Positions 48,511 to 60,460 of a stretch of 64,000 nt of DNA are shown here, piece by piece (position 1 is the first letter of the stretch; the number at the start of each line of letters is the position of its first letter). Origin of the DNA: Eledone cirrhosa (Eukaryota); the NCBI GenBank assembly GCA_964016885.1, contig OZ024740.1, positions 294,314,001-294,378,000 of the forward strand, given 5' to 3'. The position numbers and the translations under genes were made by a program. The notes beneath the pieces are model-generated. The model had not been told where the DNA came from. It did not search any database and saw only the letters and a list, made by a program, of their open reading frames with translations.

Positions 48511-49002
48511 GTATGTATATATATATATATATCATCATCTCCACTACCATTTTATGTCTATTTTCAATGTTAGCATGGGTTAGACATGTTGTCCTGTTGT
48601 GGGCAATGCTAGGTCAAGTGACCATGTCTTGCACATACAGGACTGATTCTGGCTTGGTTTCTACAGTTGGTTGCCCTTCCTAATGGCAGTATCAGTAAAG
48701 CATTGGGGTTGATTTAATCAACTTTACCCTTTCAATAAATGTGCCGGCTTTGTGCCAAAATTGAAAATCAATATTGTTGTTCTTTGCATTTTCTACAAAT
48801 TCTGATTACATGTAAGAAATTTTGAATTTTATTTTTGTTCTAATACATAAATTGTTTCTGATACTTGCCTACTTTGAATAATTCCTTATACTGAAATAGG
48901 AAATTGTTTTAAAATGAACAGAACAGTCCTAAACAGTTCAGTTGTTTTAAACACGAGTTTAAAACTGATGCAAGGGAAACAACACAGATTACTTACTATT
49001 TG

Positions 49003-49446
49003 TCATCATCATAGTTTTTCCACACTTGCATGGGTTGGACGGGTCTTTTTCAGCGCATCATCTCTCCATTTCTTTGTCATCTCCTCTGCCAGTCTTAACA
49101 ATTTGCGGTCAGTTCTCACAACCTCTGCCCAGGTCTTTCTCGGTCTACCTCTACTGTGACTTCCCTCCATTAGCATTTCCTGGCCCTCTTCACCCATCAA
49201 TCATCATTCATACACATCACATGTTCATATCAATGCAGTCTTCTTTCCTGGACACCACCTCGGATTCCTCTCAAACCCAGCTTCTCCAAGCGCTTCCTTT
49301 CTCTCTCACTTACATTGCACATCCAATGAAGCATTGTTGCTTCCTTTCTCTCCAGTCTACACATGTCCTCTGCAGTCACAGCCCATGTTTCACTACCATG
49401 CAGGATTGCACTTCACACACAGGCATCATACAGTTGTCCTTTTGTA
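49003..49446 (-). mobile_element. Degraded RTE LINE 3' fragment
   Basis: RGRPRKTWAEVVRTD; (CAT)n tail. Confidence 0.8.
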
Positions 49447-49674
49447 TGTAGGGAGACAGTATTGTTCAAAAATAGAATTCCAGAATCCAGATAGACTAAT
49501 ATTGACAAACTCAAGATGATAATAAAAACTGATACTTTACTTAGACTCCAGACAGCTATATGGTGCTCAGGTAAAAACAAATAATTCCAACAATTTTAGC
49601 CTATTTAGTAAACATCTTGATTTCTTACAAAATATGTATCCATAGGGTATGTATATGTGTGTATATATATATCA

Positions 49675-49945
49675 CCTTGATTACCTTGACCGACCAGTCT
49701 GTCGGGCGTCCATTCAGCGCCACTGGTCACAGCACGCCGTCCATTCCTCTCTGGATCGTGCTTTCCTCATCCATGTATTCCCAATCGTATTCTTAAAATC
49801 GTAACTCCACCCTCGTGGAGGCCTTCCGAGTGGTCGTTTCCAGTCGTGCGGGTACCACTCGGCAACTGCGCGGGTCCACCGATTATCGGTGAACCGGGCG
49901 ACGTGTCCAGCCCATCTGAACTTGCTGTGCATATATTCCGTGAGG
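49675..49945 (-). mobile_element. RTE LINE 3' fragment of a third family
   Basis: KFRWAGHVARFTDNRWTRAVAEWYPHDWKRPLGRPPRGW. Confidence 0.85.
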
Positions 49946-50569
49946 ACACACATATAAATATATGGCATTTCTTGGACATTTTAAACCTGCAGAGCCCATC
50001 CTCCTACAAGTCTGAACACACCCAATGTTAGAGGGGGAGTGAGAAAGAGATATAGAGGAATAATTGACCCCAGTACTGGACTGGTACTTTATTACCGCAA
50101 ATCATTCTATCCAATGTACTAGACATGATCTAACATGTCTATGGAAGAATCATCCAACAAATCTCTTATGCAGTCATAAATTGTTGATAAAATGAAATAT
50201 AAAAATTGCAATACTTAATTAAAAATTAGTGTACATCATTAGTAATATAAAAGTTATTTTTTCCAGCAAATATTCATGTAAATTCAAGACAGTTCTTCCT
50301 TGTTTCTGAATATATGTTTCCTTTTCAATTTTCTCATCCATGACAGTTCCTCTGGTGGCTGGCAAGGCTGAGTTTTGCAAAGAAATATTGTCCACATAGG
50401 TCACAGCTGATTGATATTCAAGACAATCAAAAAGATTTTCATTAAACAAATCTGAATGGTCATTTGATCTGATGGAAATGTCAGCCAAATCTCCTTCAAA
50501 TGATGTCTAGAGTGTTCCTTTTACTATGTCCTCCATCCCCTTTTCTAACAAACATAACGCATGAGTGTA

Positions 50570-50738
50570 TATGTACGGCAACACTCATCTTTTTCCATTT
50601 CTCCGAGGGTTATAAACCCCACTATCAGGCTAGAAATTTCTTTAGTCTAAAATACGGTGAAAGCTTATAATTTCTAATTTCAAACTCGCGCACCATTTCA
50701 AAAACATACTTACATGTTTACGTTTATAATTTGCTTGT
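50570..50738 (+). mobile_element. Truncated copy of the tRNA-headed repeat at 19903-20308
   Basis: atgtacggcaacactcatc...ataatttgcttgt, near-identical reverse complement of 19903-20077. Confidence 0.85.
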
Positions 50739-52039
50739 AATAATGTTTAGTTAAGTTAATCAATATTTATATCATTACAACCTCCTTAGTGTTGGGGATT
50801 TACATGATGAATGCACCCAATACACTCTGTGAAGTGGTTTGTGAGAGGAAGGGCATCCATGACAACCTCCTTAGTGTTGGTGATTTACACAATGAATACA
50901 CTCTGTGAAAGGGTTTGTAATAGAAAGGGCATCCAGCTATAGAAAACCTCCCAGTGGGTCAGGCGATTTCTTCAGTTGTGTCAAAGACATGAAAAAGTTC
51001 CTAATGCCAACCAGTGTCATGACGAAATGCACTTGGCAGTGCATGTGATCATATGTATGAAAGATGTGGACCACCAGCTCATCTAAGCACTTGGTAGAAT
51101 GCAAGAATATGTAAATGAGATGTAAGCTCCTGGTCCATCATGGGATCAGTACCTCTGCTTTGAGAGCCAACCTGGTCTGCTAATGAGCCATGCAACCCTT
51201 TTTAACAGGGAAAGTAGACATTAAACGATGATGATGATTATGATGAAATGAATTGTAATTATTTTTCAGACAATTTTCCTCATTTGTGGGGTTGAAAGAT
51301 TTTCCAGTATTTACATTGTTTTGATTGGTTTCATCACCATTCCCCTCAGTTGCCTTATTCTTGGATGTCTACATACTACTATACTGGATTCAAAATAGGG
51401 AGCTATATTTCAAAACAGTTTGAATATAATCTGGTACTAAGATGATGATGAGATCAAACTAAAAGGATCATAGTGTCATCATTATCAGCACCGTTTAACG
51501 TCAATTTTTCCAAGCTAGACTGGTTGCCCCATTGTGTGTCAAGCCAGGCCTAATGACCATGTCTTGCTCATACAGGACTGGTTTGGGCTTGGTTTCAAGG
51601 GCTGGATGCCCTTCCTAACACCAACCACATTTACAGTGTGTACTGGGTGTTTTTTGTTGTGCGACACCTACAGGACCACTTTACAGTGTGGACTGGGTGC
51701 TTTTTGTCATGACACCTACATGACCACTTTTTAAGAGAGGCAGTGGACCAATATGAGAGGGGTGGTATACCAGTTATAATGCTAAGCTAGGATACAGTTG
51801 ATAGGTTACTATTTATTTATTTCCCAGATCCTTCACATCCTTATCCATGACAAACTATTCAAGATGGTGAAGAAAATGCATTTTATTTTGTTTTAAATTA
51901 TATTCAATAAAATATACAACATGAGTTATAAAAATATAATTTTCTGTATATAAAAAAACAAACAAGGAATCAACAGAAAATTATTTTTTTAAACACTAAT
52001 CTTGATTAATCAACGCTGGGTATAATTTAATATTTATCA

Positions 52040-52261
52040 ACAATAACCATGATTACCTTTTTGAATTCCATATGTCTAACACCCATGGACATGCTTACAG
52101 TACAGCTCCCATGACTTTCAGAAACATTTTTTCATGCTGTGTTGCTGAAACATGGAACAAACTACCTGCATCAGTTGTTAGCTATCGAGACACTGCATCC
52201 TTCAAAACTTCTATGCCAACACTACACTTGATATTCCCCCTCCATACACACACAAACACAC

Positions 52262-52295
<34 letters not shown>

Positions 52296-52405
52296 CATGA
52301 TTCATACGCTGTTCCCTTTTCTGACATTTGTACATTATTCTATATACTATACATGCACCTTTGATCAGTTGTAATACACCTGAGCACTGTACATAATAAT
52401 TTTCT
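52040..52405 (+). mobile_element. CR1-like LINE 3' fragment
   Basis: SNTHGHAY...FRNIF...VAETWNKLPASVV resembles the CR1 C-terminus (TRGH..K...WNxLP). Confidence 0.7.
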
Positions 52406-52709
52406 TGTTTTTTTTAAATTGATTGTGGAAAAGATTTCAAATTGTCTTAACTCATGGTGTTTGACACTCTTACCGGCTAAATAGTCTGGGAGTCTATTTT
52501 ACATGGACCGGCAACATAGCCTCTTCCAATTTTCTTTTTCTCTTTGATATTTAAAATACGTTTATCTTATGGTTTAAATTAAAATAATAAGAGATAGAGA
52601 AAAGCATATAACTAAAATGTTTTAATTTGTTGGAATTTTTTTATTCTTTCAAAAGGCCGCAGTACCCCATCTCTTGTGTACACTTAACTTGTACAAGTTG
52701 AAAATAATT

Positions 52710-53456
52710 TCAATAATTACAACACAGTTGCCAAACACTATGTATATAATAACGTAATAATTCTCCAGTTCTAGAATAAAACAGCAGTAACTGACTTCCA
52801 TAACCCATCAATGTTATGATAATGGCTACTAAACAATTATAATTACAAATTACTCTAAGGACTTGAATTTTTGATAAATGAATAAATAGCTGGATCAAAG
52901 CACAACACCACCTTTTGTAATTGTTACCCCATAAACTAACCAACGGAATAAATACGTTACAAACAAAGTAAGAGAAAAACAGTCCAGTTAAAAGTGGTTT
53001 CGTGCCAGGGTGGGGTATTTTAAATAAATTACTAAATATCGTTGAAAGAAGTACAATAACTAAAACTCCAATAATTTGTTCTAAAGCAACTTCTACAAAC
53101 ATATACAAAAATTCTGTTACCAAAATTGTATAAAATTCTGGATCAGGGTTGTTCCATTTTAAAAGTACTTTCGATGAATTAATCACCCTTGCAAGTGTTT
53201 CAATGAGTAAAAATGTCAAAGTTATTTTCCATACCGTTTTCCGACTACGATTGTGCAAAATATGACGAAATGCTTGTGTTTTGAGAAGGAGAGCATCCAA
53301 AAAAATCAGAACCGTGTCATGTTCGATGTATTTATCCACCACTTCATTGCAGTTACTACAAACACATGTGAGTAAACCTGAAGACAACTTATGGAATAAA
53401 TACTTGACTTTGGTGCCACAATTTATACATCGGTAGTTATTGTTTGACATTTCCAT
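52710..53456 (-). CDS. ARV1: Protein ARV1 (ER sterol/lipid homeostasis, GPI-anchor biogenesis); 248 aa, single coding exon
   Basis: Arv1 homology domain: YRCINCG...CSNCNEVVDKYIEHDTVLIFLDALLLKTQAFRHILHN followed by hydrophobic TM segments; ATG at 53456, 5 nt after a strong splice acceptor. Confidence 0.9.
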   Translation of the reverse strand: MEMSNNNYRCINCGTKVKYLFHKLSSGLLTCVCSNCNEVVDKYIEHDTVLIFLDALLLKTQAFRHILHNRSRKTVWKITLTFLLIETLARVINSSKVLLKWNNPDPEFYTILVTEFLYMFVEVALEQIIGVLVIVLLSTIFSNLFKIPHPGTKPLLTGLFFSYFVCNVFIPLVSLWGNNYKRWCCALIQLFIHLSKIQVLRVICNYNCLVAIIITLMGYGSQLLLFYSRTGELLRYYIHSVWQLCCNY

Positions 53457-53460
53457 ATTT

Positions 53461-53810
53461 CTGAAAGAAAGCAAAAAAAAAAAGAAAAAAGAAAGAATAT
53501 TTGATATAACGAAAGATATATGAACCATGAAAACCCCCAGCAAACAGAAAATACTCCTAACTTTTGAACCACTCTAACTTTGAGGGTCAAGCATATATTA
53601 TATTTTTGAAATGGTCGCTAATTATTGTTTATATTTAGTTTAATTGTCTCTCTATCTCACCTGAGAAAATCTAGCAATGTTTCTACCTCAGTTTAGTACG
53701 ACTTGAAAAGGAACGAACGAAACCGTTAATATAAATTTTTAGAAAAAGTCGTAACTTTGGAAAAGTAAACTAAAATTCGTTTAGAGCAGAAAATATTTGA
53801 AATCTCTTAC
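53461..53810 (-). other. Probable 5' UTR intron of ARV1
   Basis: Acceptor ctttcttttttctttttttttttgctttctttcAG ending at 53461; donor CAG|GTAAGA at 53810 (alternative CAG|GTGAGA at 53660). Confidence 0.65.
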
Positions 53811-54410
53811 CTGTATTGTCAATCAATATTTCATATATATCGATTCCATAAAAACTGTTTAAACAGCCAGCAATAAATGTAAATAACGAGAGGTAAGGAT
53901 TAAATGTTTTTTGGTTCCAGTTGAAGTGTCAAGGATAACATATCAACAGAATCTATTATTTTATTTACATAGGAACTCTTCTTTATGAGTTATTTCCCTT
54001 GCACTTTTCACTCTTTTGTAGAATGTACAATAGGGGCACCTGCTAGAAATAACAGCCAAATCGCTCTCTCTCTTTCGAATATAGGAAGGAGATATTAGAT
54101 AAAATAGCCTGAAATAAACTATGGGATGATTTGCAAAATATTAGATGCATTAGCATAGTACTATTAAACTCTCTGTAATGTAAGTTATGTGAGGGGCGAA
54201 AGTTTTAGTATAATACTCTTTCACTCCCTCAATATTTTAAATTCAAATTATTACAAAGTATATAAATAATATATTATGCTTGCCTCTGGAATGACATTGA
54301 AAAATTAAAACAACGTTCTAAATTTTACAGCAACTGTTATTTCGGGAATTTATCAAGGAATCCGTTTTTAACGTATTTGTGTGACTAATAAAGAAATCAT
54401 TATTATTCTA

Positions 54411-54620
54411 TGGATTGGCAGAATCGTTAGAGGGCCGGGGGGGGGGGGGGGGGATGTTTTGCGGTATTTGGTTACGGTTCATTAGGTTATGAGTTCAAAT
54501 CCTTCCGAAGTCGATAAAATTAAGTACCAGCAGATATAAATATAACTAGGGTCGATATAAACGACTTTCCCTTCCCCACAAACTTGTTGACCTTGTGCCT
54601 AAATTAGAAGCTATTATTAT
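54411..54620 (+). mobile_element. Family A-related SINE, diverged
   Basis: ggattggcagaatcgttagag...gagttcaaatcc...ccttgtgcct...attattat. Confidence 0.7.
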
Positions 54621-56294
54621 AATTCGAATGATGACCATGTACTCAAATACAAGAGTATAAATATATTTCGTTTTCATTTACATCCTATAAATATATTTTG
54701 TTAGCATTTTCATCATTTAAAAAATTGAAACACCATTTCGATTTTTCAGTAAATGAAACAGTACGAAATTAATGCGTTCCTTATTGAATGAACATTGCTT
54801 TCCTGTAGACCCGAATATAATGAATCATGAGGCAACTTTTGAATAAAACTTTAAAATGTAGCTTCTTTGAAAAATTATAAACTGCTGTAATATACAATTT
54901 AAAATTACATCCCAATCTTTACACGAAGAACAAGTACAAATATTTGGGTCTTTCTTCAGAAGACCTCATAATAAATTAATATAAATATCCGTAACCTTAA
55001 TTTGAAATAAATTAATTCGGATAAATTCTAATCCTAATTTGAAACAAATTCTGGTTAGGATGGGAGGATCATTTTGGAGAAGTTCTAGTATTTATGTATA
55101 GTCAATGTAGGATAATTCACTAAGTATTTTCTTGTTCACGTTTAATACGTGGATCCAGAAGGAAGACTGCTATGATTAGTAGCAATTCAGCTAGTATCTT
55201 TTCCTGTTCTATCGTCTTGATATCAGCAACAATACAGAAGTTTTCTGGATTCTTAAGCAATGAGGAATATATTGATTTCTAATTTAGGCTCAAGGCCAGT
55301 AATTTAGGAAAAGGGGAAAGTCGAATAAACTCCAGTACACCCTGTGATGTGATTGAGTGCGTCTGTCTTCTCCCACATTTTTCTTCAATATATATATATA
55401 TGTGTGTGTGTGTGTAGTGTTTATTTGTAAGCCTAATTATGTGAAATAAATATATAGTTTATCAGTTTTAATATTATCGAAATGGAATTTAGATCAAGAG
55501 AAATTGAAGTAGTCTTTAAATACATTAAAGCTGCAAATATTCTCCCCTCCACCACCACCCTCTATTTGTGTAATTGGAAAAACTCCATAATACTACATCT
55601 CAACTTTACTTATAAACACTAATCCTTTAAGAATATGTTTTACTCAATTTCAAAACAATTATTTAATGTTAATAATATACTGTAGGCGGTGCTCCAACAT
55701 GGTTAAAACGAACTAAAGAGCTAATTATTTTTAAATCCATTAGCTTCTTACGTTGCTCTGATTTATTTATGGGAAAAAATATTTAGTTGAAAGGTAATCA
55801 GTCAATGTGGCGGTGTTGAATGTCCACAAAGTGATTATATAAACCTAAATATTAAAGCTTGTCAAAATAATTTTGTTACTTTAATGCTTTTTATGAATAC
55901 CAACTGAATTTTACTGGACATTGCTATTTCTAAAAATGTAGCTCCAATTAATGTCGATATATCATAATGAAGATTGATTGACAGAATATGAGAAATGTCG
56001 TACGTGACTGCGGTATTTAGTCACGGTCCTTCATTTTCTGAGTTTAAAAAGTGTCGGGGTCAACACTTTGCCTTTCATCCTTGAGGGTCGATAAAATAAA
56101 TTGCAAATCAAGTACTGTGTAGATTTAACTATAAAGTGCACTAAGTGTGAATAGAATAATAATAAAAGCTATCAATATAAAACGTGTCACCAGCTGTATG
56201 ATTATACTAAACAACAGGAAGAGAAAGAATTAATGAAATCTTCGTTTCAGCATTAATTCACCAAATCCTAAACGGATGTATAGTGTGACTGATC

Positions 56295-56302
56295 ACTTCC
56301 GG
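56295..56302 (+). promoter_or_regulatory. ETS-type motif ACTTCCGG, candidate Nova proximal promoter
   Basis: Consensus ETS/GABP site ~400 bp upstream of the ATG in TE-free sequence; single motif only. Confidence 0.3.
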
Positions 56303-56700
56303 TTCCTGAACTGCTTATTCGGTGTATATCAATATTTTGTTATTTAAATACAGACAAATATTATTTAAAATAATCACCCATAACCGTTAAAGTTTTTTTA
56401 AAGGACATTTCTGGTGAAGTTTAAAATTTAACTGCATTTTAAAATTGTTTTAAGCAGAAAGTCACTGCAGGAATGCAGGAAGCCACAACGCCACCTTTCG
56501 TAAAAATTAAGGATGAATAACTCTTACACTGAAGAAATTTGAGGTTTGTCTTGCTCAACAAGAAAGCTGTTTGCATGCAACACAAGAGAAAAAGAGGAAA
56601 ATTTAACCAAGCGTCGCCAAACTAATCTCGAGGGCGACAGCAGAAAAAAGAAACATTGACATTCTTCCTTACAGAAAGTTTTCTCTTCACATAAAGCAAG

Positions 56701-58374
56701 ATGAACGCTAACCAGAGCGGAGGCGGTGGCAGCATGGGGTCCGATGAAATATATACCTGTGACTATAAGTCTGGAGACAGTAGTTCTGGCGGGTCTATTA
56801 GTCTCAAGATATTGGTGCCAAATGCAATAGCAGGAGCTATCATTGGCAAAGGTGGTGAAACAATAGCTCGTGTTCAAAATGAAGCTGGTGCTAAATTGAA
56901 AATGTCCAAGTCCAACAACTTCTATCCAGGCACGACTGAAAGGGTGTGCTTGATTACTGGGCCGTTCGAAGCCGTCCGCAAAGTACATAACTTTATCATG
57001 GAAAAGATTCGTGAAAAACCAGATTTAAATACTAGATGTGACGACTATCGTGGACCTTACGAACGAAATCAACAAATCAAAATCCTCGTTCCTAATAGTA
57101 CTGCCGGTATGATTATCGGCAAAGGAGGCAATTTTATTAAGCAGATTAAGGCAGAAAGCGGAGTTTCAGTGCAAATTTCCCAAAGCCAAAAAGGTACCTA
57201 CATACCAGAACGATGTGTTACTATCGCAGGAGATGTGGATGGCAATAGAACAGCAGTCGATATGATCCTACGAGTCATAGCCGAAGATCCTCAGAGTGGC
57301 TGTTGCCCTAATATAAGCTATGCTGAATTCTTGGGTCCCATGTCAGGAAATAATTCAAACGCTTTACCCTTCTCTCACATGAACTATAGAAACCAAGACC
57401 AGATGAGTTTAGCAGCAAACAACAACTTGGGAAATTTCAATTTTGGATTTAACAATTTCGGAAACAATTCTAACTCTAATGTATCTAACATGGGTGTAAA
57501 CAATGCTAACCTTGGTGGTGGTGGAGGTTCAGGCGGTGGTGGTGCAGCTGGAGGAGCAATCAACAGCTCAGCACTAGAAAACTTAAAAGTAACGCTTCGT
57601 AACTATGGATTCACCGAAATGGCTATCGAAGAGATAGGAGCAGCGATGAGTACACTTGCTAATTATGGTATCCTCACCAATATTGGTTTAAATCTAGGAG
57701 CACTTAACAATTTAAACACTGGCAGTGGTGGTCTCAATCTTCAAGGTCCACAAGGTTCAAATATGATGTCTGGTTGTAACACGCCCACTACAAGTGTTAG
57801 CAACCCGTTTGTCAACAACAGTAACAATAACTGTATTTTTGGTCCCGTTGGTAGCTGCCCGTCAGCGATGGAGAATTTTGCATCAACATGCGCTAGTACC
57901 AGTCCCTTCAATAATTCCTCGGCAAATATGAACAGCGACAGGTTTGGTGGCAGTCCTATGTTGAGTGATTCATTTGGTACCGCTGTCAACTACTCGATGA
58001 ATAATCCAGTTTTTACAGCAGGCCCAAGTACTTCTGGTGACCAAATGAAGAATCAAATGTCTTTTGGACATAACTCATCTGTGTACAGCCCCACAGAAGA
58101 CAAGTCCGGACCGACAACGAAGAATGAAATAGAAGTTCCAGAGACAATTGTTGGAGCAATCCTTGGACCAGGCGGCAAGGGAATTGTGGAACTGCAACAG
58201 ATGACCGGAACAAACATTCAGATATCAAAGAAGGGTGTGTACGTCCCTGGTACTCGAAATAGAGTGGTTACTATTACCGGTACCCCCAATAGCATCACAA
58301 AGGCTCAGATACTTATTCAACAACGTTTGCAACAGGAGGAAATGAAACGGGCGCGGCAACCATTGGCTCGTTAA
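56701..58374 (+). CDS. Nova: Nova/pasilla-family KH-domain RNA-binding splicing regulator; 557 aa, intronless ORF
   Basis: KH1 LKILVPNAIAGAIIGKGGETI...KMSKSNNFYPGTTERVCLITG; KH2 IKILVPNSTAGMIIGKGG; long N/G/S-rich spacer containing TLANYG; KH3 VPETIVGAILGPGGK..VELQQMTG..IQISKKG.YVPGTRNRVVTITG. Confidence 0.93.
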   Translation: MNANQSGGGGSMGSDEIYTCDYKSGDSSSGGSISLKILVPNAIAGAIIGKGGETIARVQNEAGAKLKMSKSNNFYPGTTERVCLITGPFEAVRKVHNFIMEKIREKPDLNTRCDDYRGPYERNQQIKILVPNSTAGMIIGKGGNFIKQIKAESGVSVQISQSQKGTYIPERCVTIAGDVDGNRTAVDMILRVIAEDPQSGCCPNISYAEFLGPMSGNNSNALPFSHMNYRNQDQMSLAANNNLGNFNFGFNNFGNNSNSNVSNMGVNNANLGGGGGSGGGGAAGGAINSSALENLKVTLRNYGFTEMAIEEIGAAMSTLANYGILTNIGLNLGALNNLNTGSGGLNLQGPQGSNMMSGCNTPTTSVSNPFVNNSNNNCIFGPVGSCPSAMENFASTCASTSPFNNSSANMNSDRFGGSPMLSDSFGTAVNYSMNNPVFTAGPSTSGDQMKNQMSFGHNSSVYSPTEDKSGPTTKNEIEVPETIVGAILGPGGKGIVELQQMTGTNIQISKKGVYVPGTRNRVVTITGTPNSITKAQILIQQRLQQEEMKRARQPLAR

Positions 58375-58376
58375 TG

Positions 58377-58383
<7 letters not shown>

Positions 58384-58432
<49 letters not shown>

Positions 58433-58433
58433 C

Positions 58434-58475
<42 letters not shown>
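58384..58475. repeat. (TA)n microsatellite immediately after the Nova stop codon
   Basis: Direct observation. Confidence 0.95.
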
Positions 58476-58480
<5 letters not shown>

Positions 58481-59755
58481 ATGCGTGTGAAATCAAGTCT
58501 CACGAGCTTCATTCTTCAAGTTTTCATTTATTATTGTGGGTTTACAACAGGATAAAATGTACTAGATTAGAATGTTTTTAGATATTCACCACACGTGTTA
58601 TAGAGGAGGTTAGCTGGTCGCTGTCATTTTCAAAAAAAAAAAAAAAGAAGAAAAAAACACCCTTTGAACATCTCTTAAACTCTTCAATTTATATGTGGAT
58701 AATAATTGTCGGTGTAGTGCTAACTCTCACTAACATTTTAGAAGTTTATTCAGTTGAAGAATTTTTATGGCAATTTTTTTAATATGCCGAATCACCAGAA
58801 ATATTTACACATACATACTCACAGACACACTCTCACACACACAATGTGTTTTATTTCTTCAAATGTTTTTTTTTTCCTGCAGATAATTTTATTTGATTTC
58901 CATTAGATAAATTGTTATTATTTATTTGTGAGTGATGAGAATCAGTTGGGTTCCGCCAGATTTGTTTTCAATTTAATCATCTCTCTATCTCTAATGACTT
59001 CTCACTAAAAGGCTTACTCGTTCATGCAATTGTTACTATATTCATTTTTCTATTACTATTATTATTATTTAAATGTTATTTTTTTTGTTTGTTTTTTATT
59101 TGTTAGTGGCAGCTTTTTGCTTAATCATTTTTCATCACCTGCCGAAGAATGAACAGGACTAGGTTAGAACGAATGTTTCCCATCAAAAATTCAATTTTTT
59201 TCCATCTCTGTTGTAAGTTCCTATTAATTTACTAATTAGCAAAATGAATATTGTTAAATATTTGACTTGTATACGTATTGTATGTAAATAATAGTTTCAT
59301 AACCATGGTGTTTTCCAATTTAGTAATCCAAGTTTTTCCAGATGTATTTTCACTTCAGACACTGATAAACACAGACACCCACTTACACACAAATATATAT
59401 ATATATATATATACACACACACGCATACATACAAATATGTCTGCAAATATGGGCCTGTGTTATATATAAATATATATAGGAAGGGCATCCAGCTGTAGAA
59501 ATCGAGCCAGAATCAGTTCCCGTCCCACCCTTGCAAGCAGGGAAAAGTGGACATAAAATGATGATGATGATATATGTGCATAATACACGATATTTATATG
59601 CCACAAAAATGTGGGATTTACTACATAAATCTGTACAACGTGTGTATGTATGTGTATATATCTAGATAGTCCAACCCATGCCAACATGGAAAATGTATGT
59701 TAAACAAAGATTGTGTGTGTGTGTGTGTGTATATATATATGTATGTATGTATATA

Positions 59756-59972
59756 CAGGCCAGGCTGAAGGGTGGGGCCAATTGACTGCTTGCCTCTAGT
59801 ATTATTTTTGGTTTTTATTCACTTCTTTTACTTGTAAGTACATCATGTACACTACATGTATATACCCATAACCCATATATAAATCATATGTATTTAGCAC
59901 TGGCTACTAAAATATTTAGAGCCCTACATAACACAACTGGCCTGAGCCTATTACTAGCTTTGTACAGGCCTG
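59756..59972. mobile_element. Possible MITE
   Basis: tacaggcc...ggcctgta short inverted ends within TA-rich flanks. Confidence 0.4.
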
Positions 59973-59992
59973 TATATAATATATATATATAT

Positions 59993-60460
59993 ATGGGTGT
60001 CGTTAATTATCCCCAATGCACATAAGTTTTCTCTGTTGGCGGGAAAATTAGTTGTGCAGATGCATCATTACTCCAAAGAGGCAGTGTTAAGTGCTTCATT
60101 TTCTGTGAGCCGAATGTGTATTTGGGACTGAAATCCATCAAAGACTTTCGGTACAGTTTCTGTTACAGGCTGTCTTTGAATGGATTGTTAAATTGAAAAG
60201 TGTTCATACTATTGTATCAACAAGAAGTCAAACATCAGACTAAATTGTGTGTTGTTGACATTATTGAGAGTTTATGATGTGGTTCCTTTGAACAGATGGA
60301 TAATTATTGAAGTTGCAAATAATATGCAAATTAGTCATGGTTCTACCTACGAAATCATTCACAACACACTTGGGTTTAGTAAGGTTTATGCAAAATAGGT
60401 CCCCAAATTTTTTTTTTTTTATTGTATAAGTGCATTGCAGATAATTGATGCTTCACCTTA
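59993..60460 (+). mobile_element. Internally deleted mariner element
   Basis: Imperfect TIRs ttaattatccccaatgcac / gtgcattgcagataattga; EIHQRL, VFEWI, QISHGSTYEIIHNTLGFSKVYAK*VPK (WVP motif). Confidence 0.75.

Noticed and set aside
53457-53543. N-terminal extension of the ARV1 ORF (MLGVF...FFFFFLLSFRN)
   Set aside because: Encoded by a polypyrimidine tract and AG acceptor, so probably intronic; ATG at 53456 preferred
56524-56988. 154-aa antisense ORF over Nova, and antisense ORFs over RTE, R4 and hAT coding regions
   Set aside because: Shadow ORFs of the real coding strand with no independent motifs
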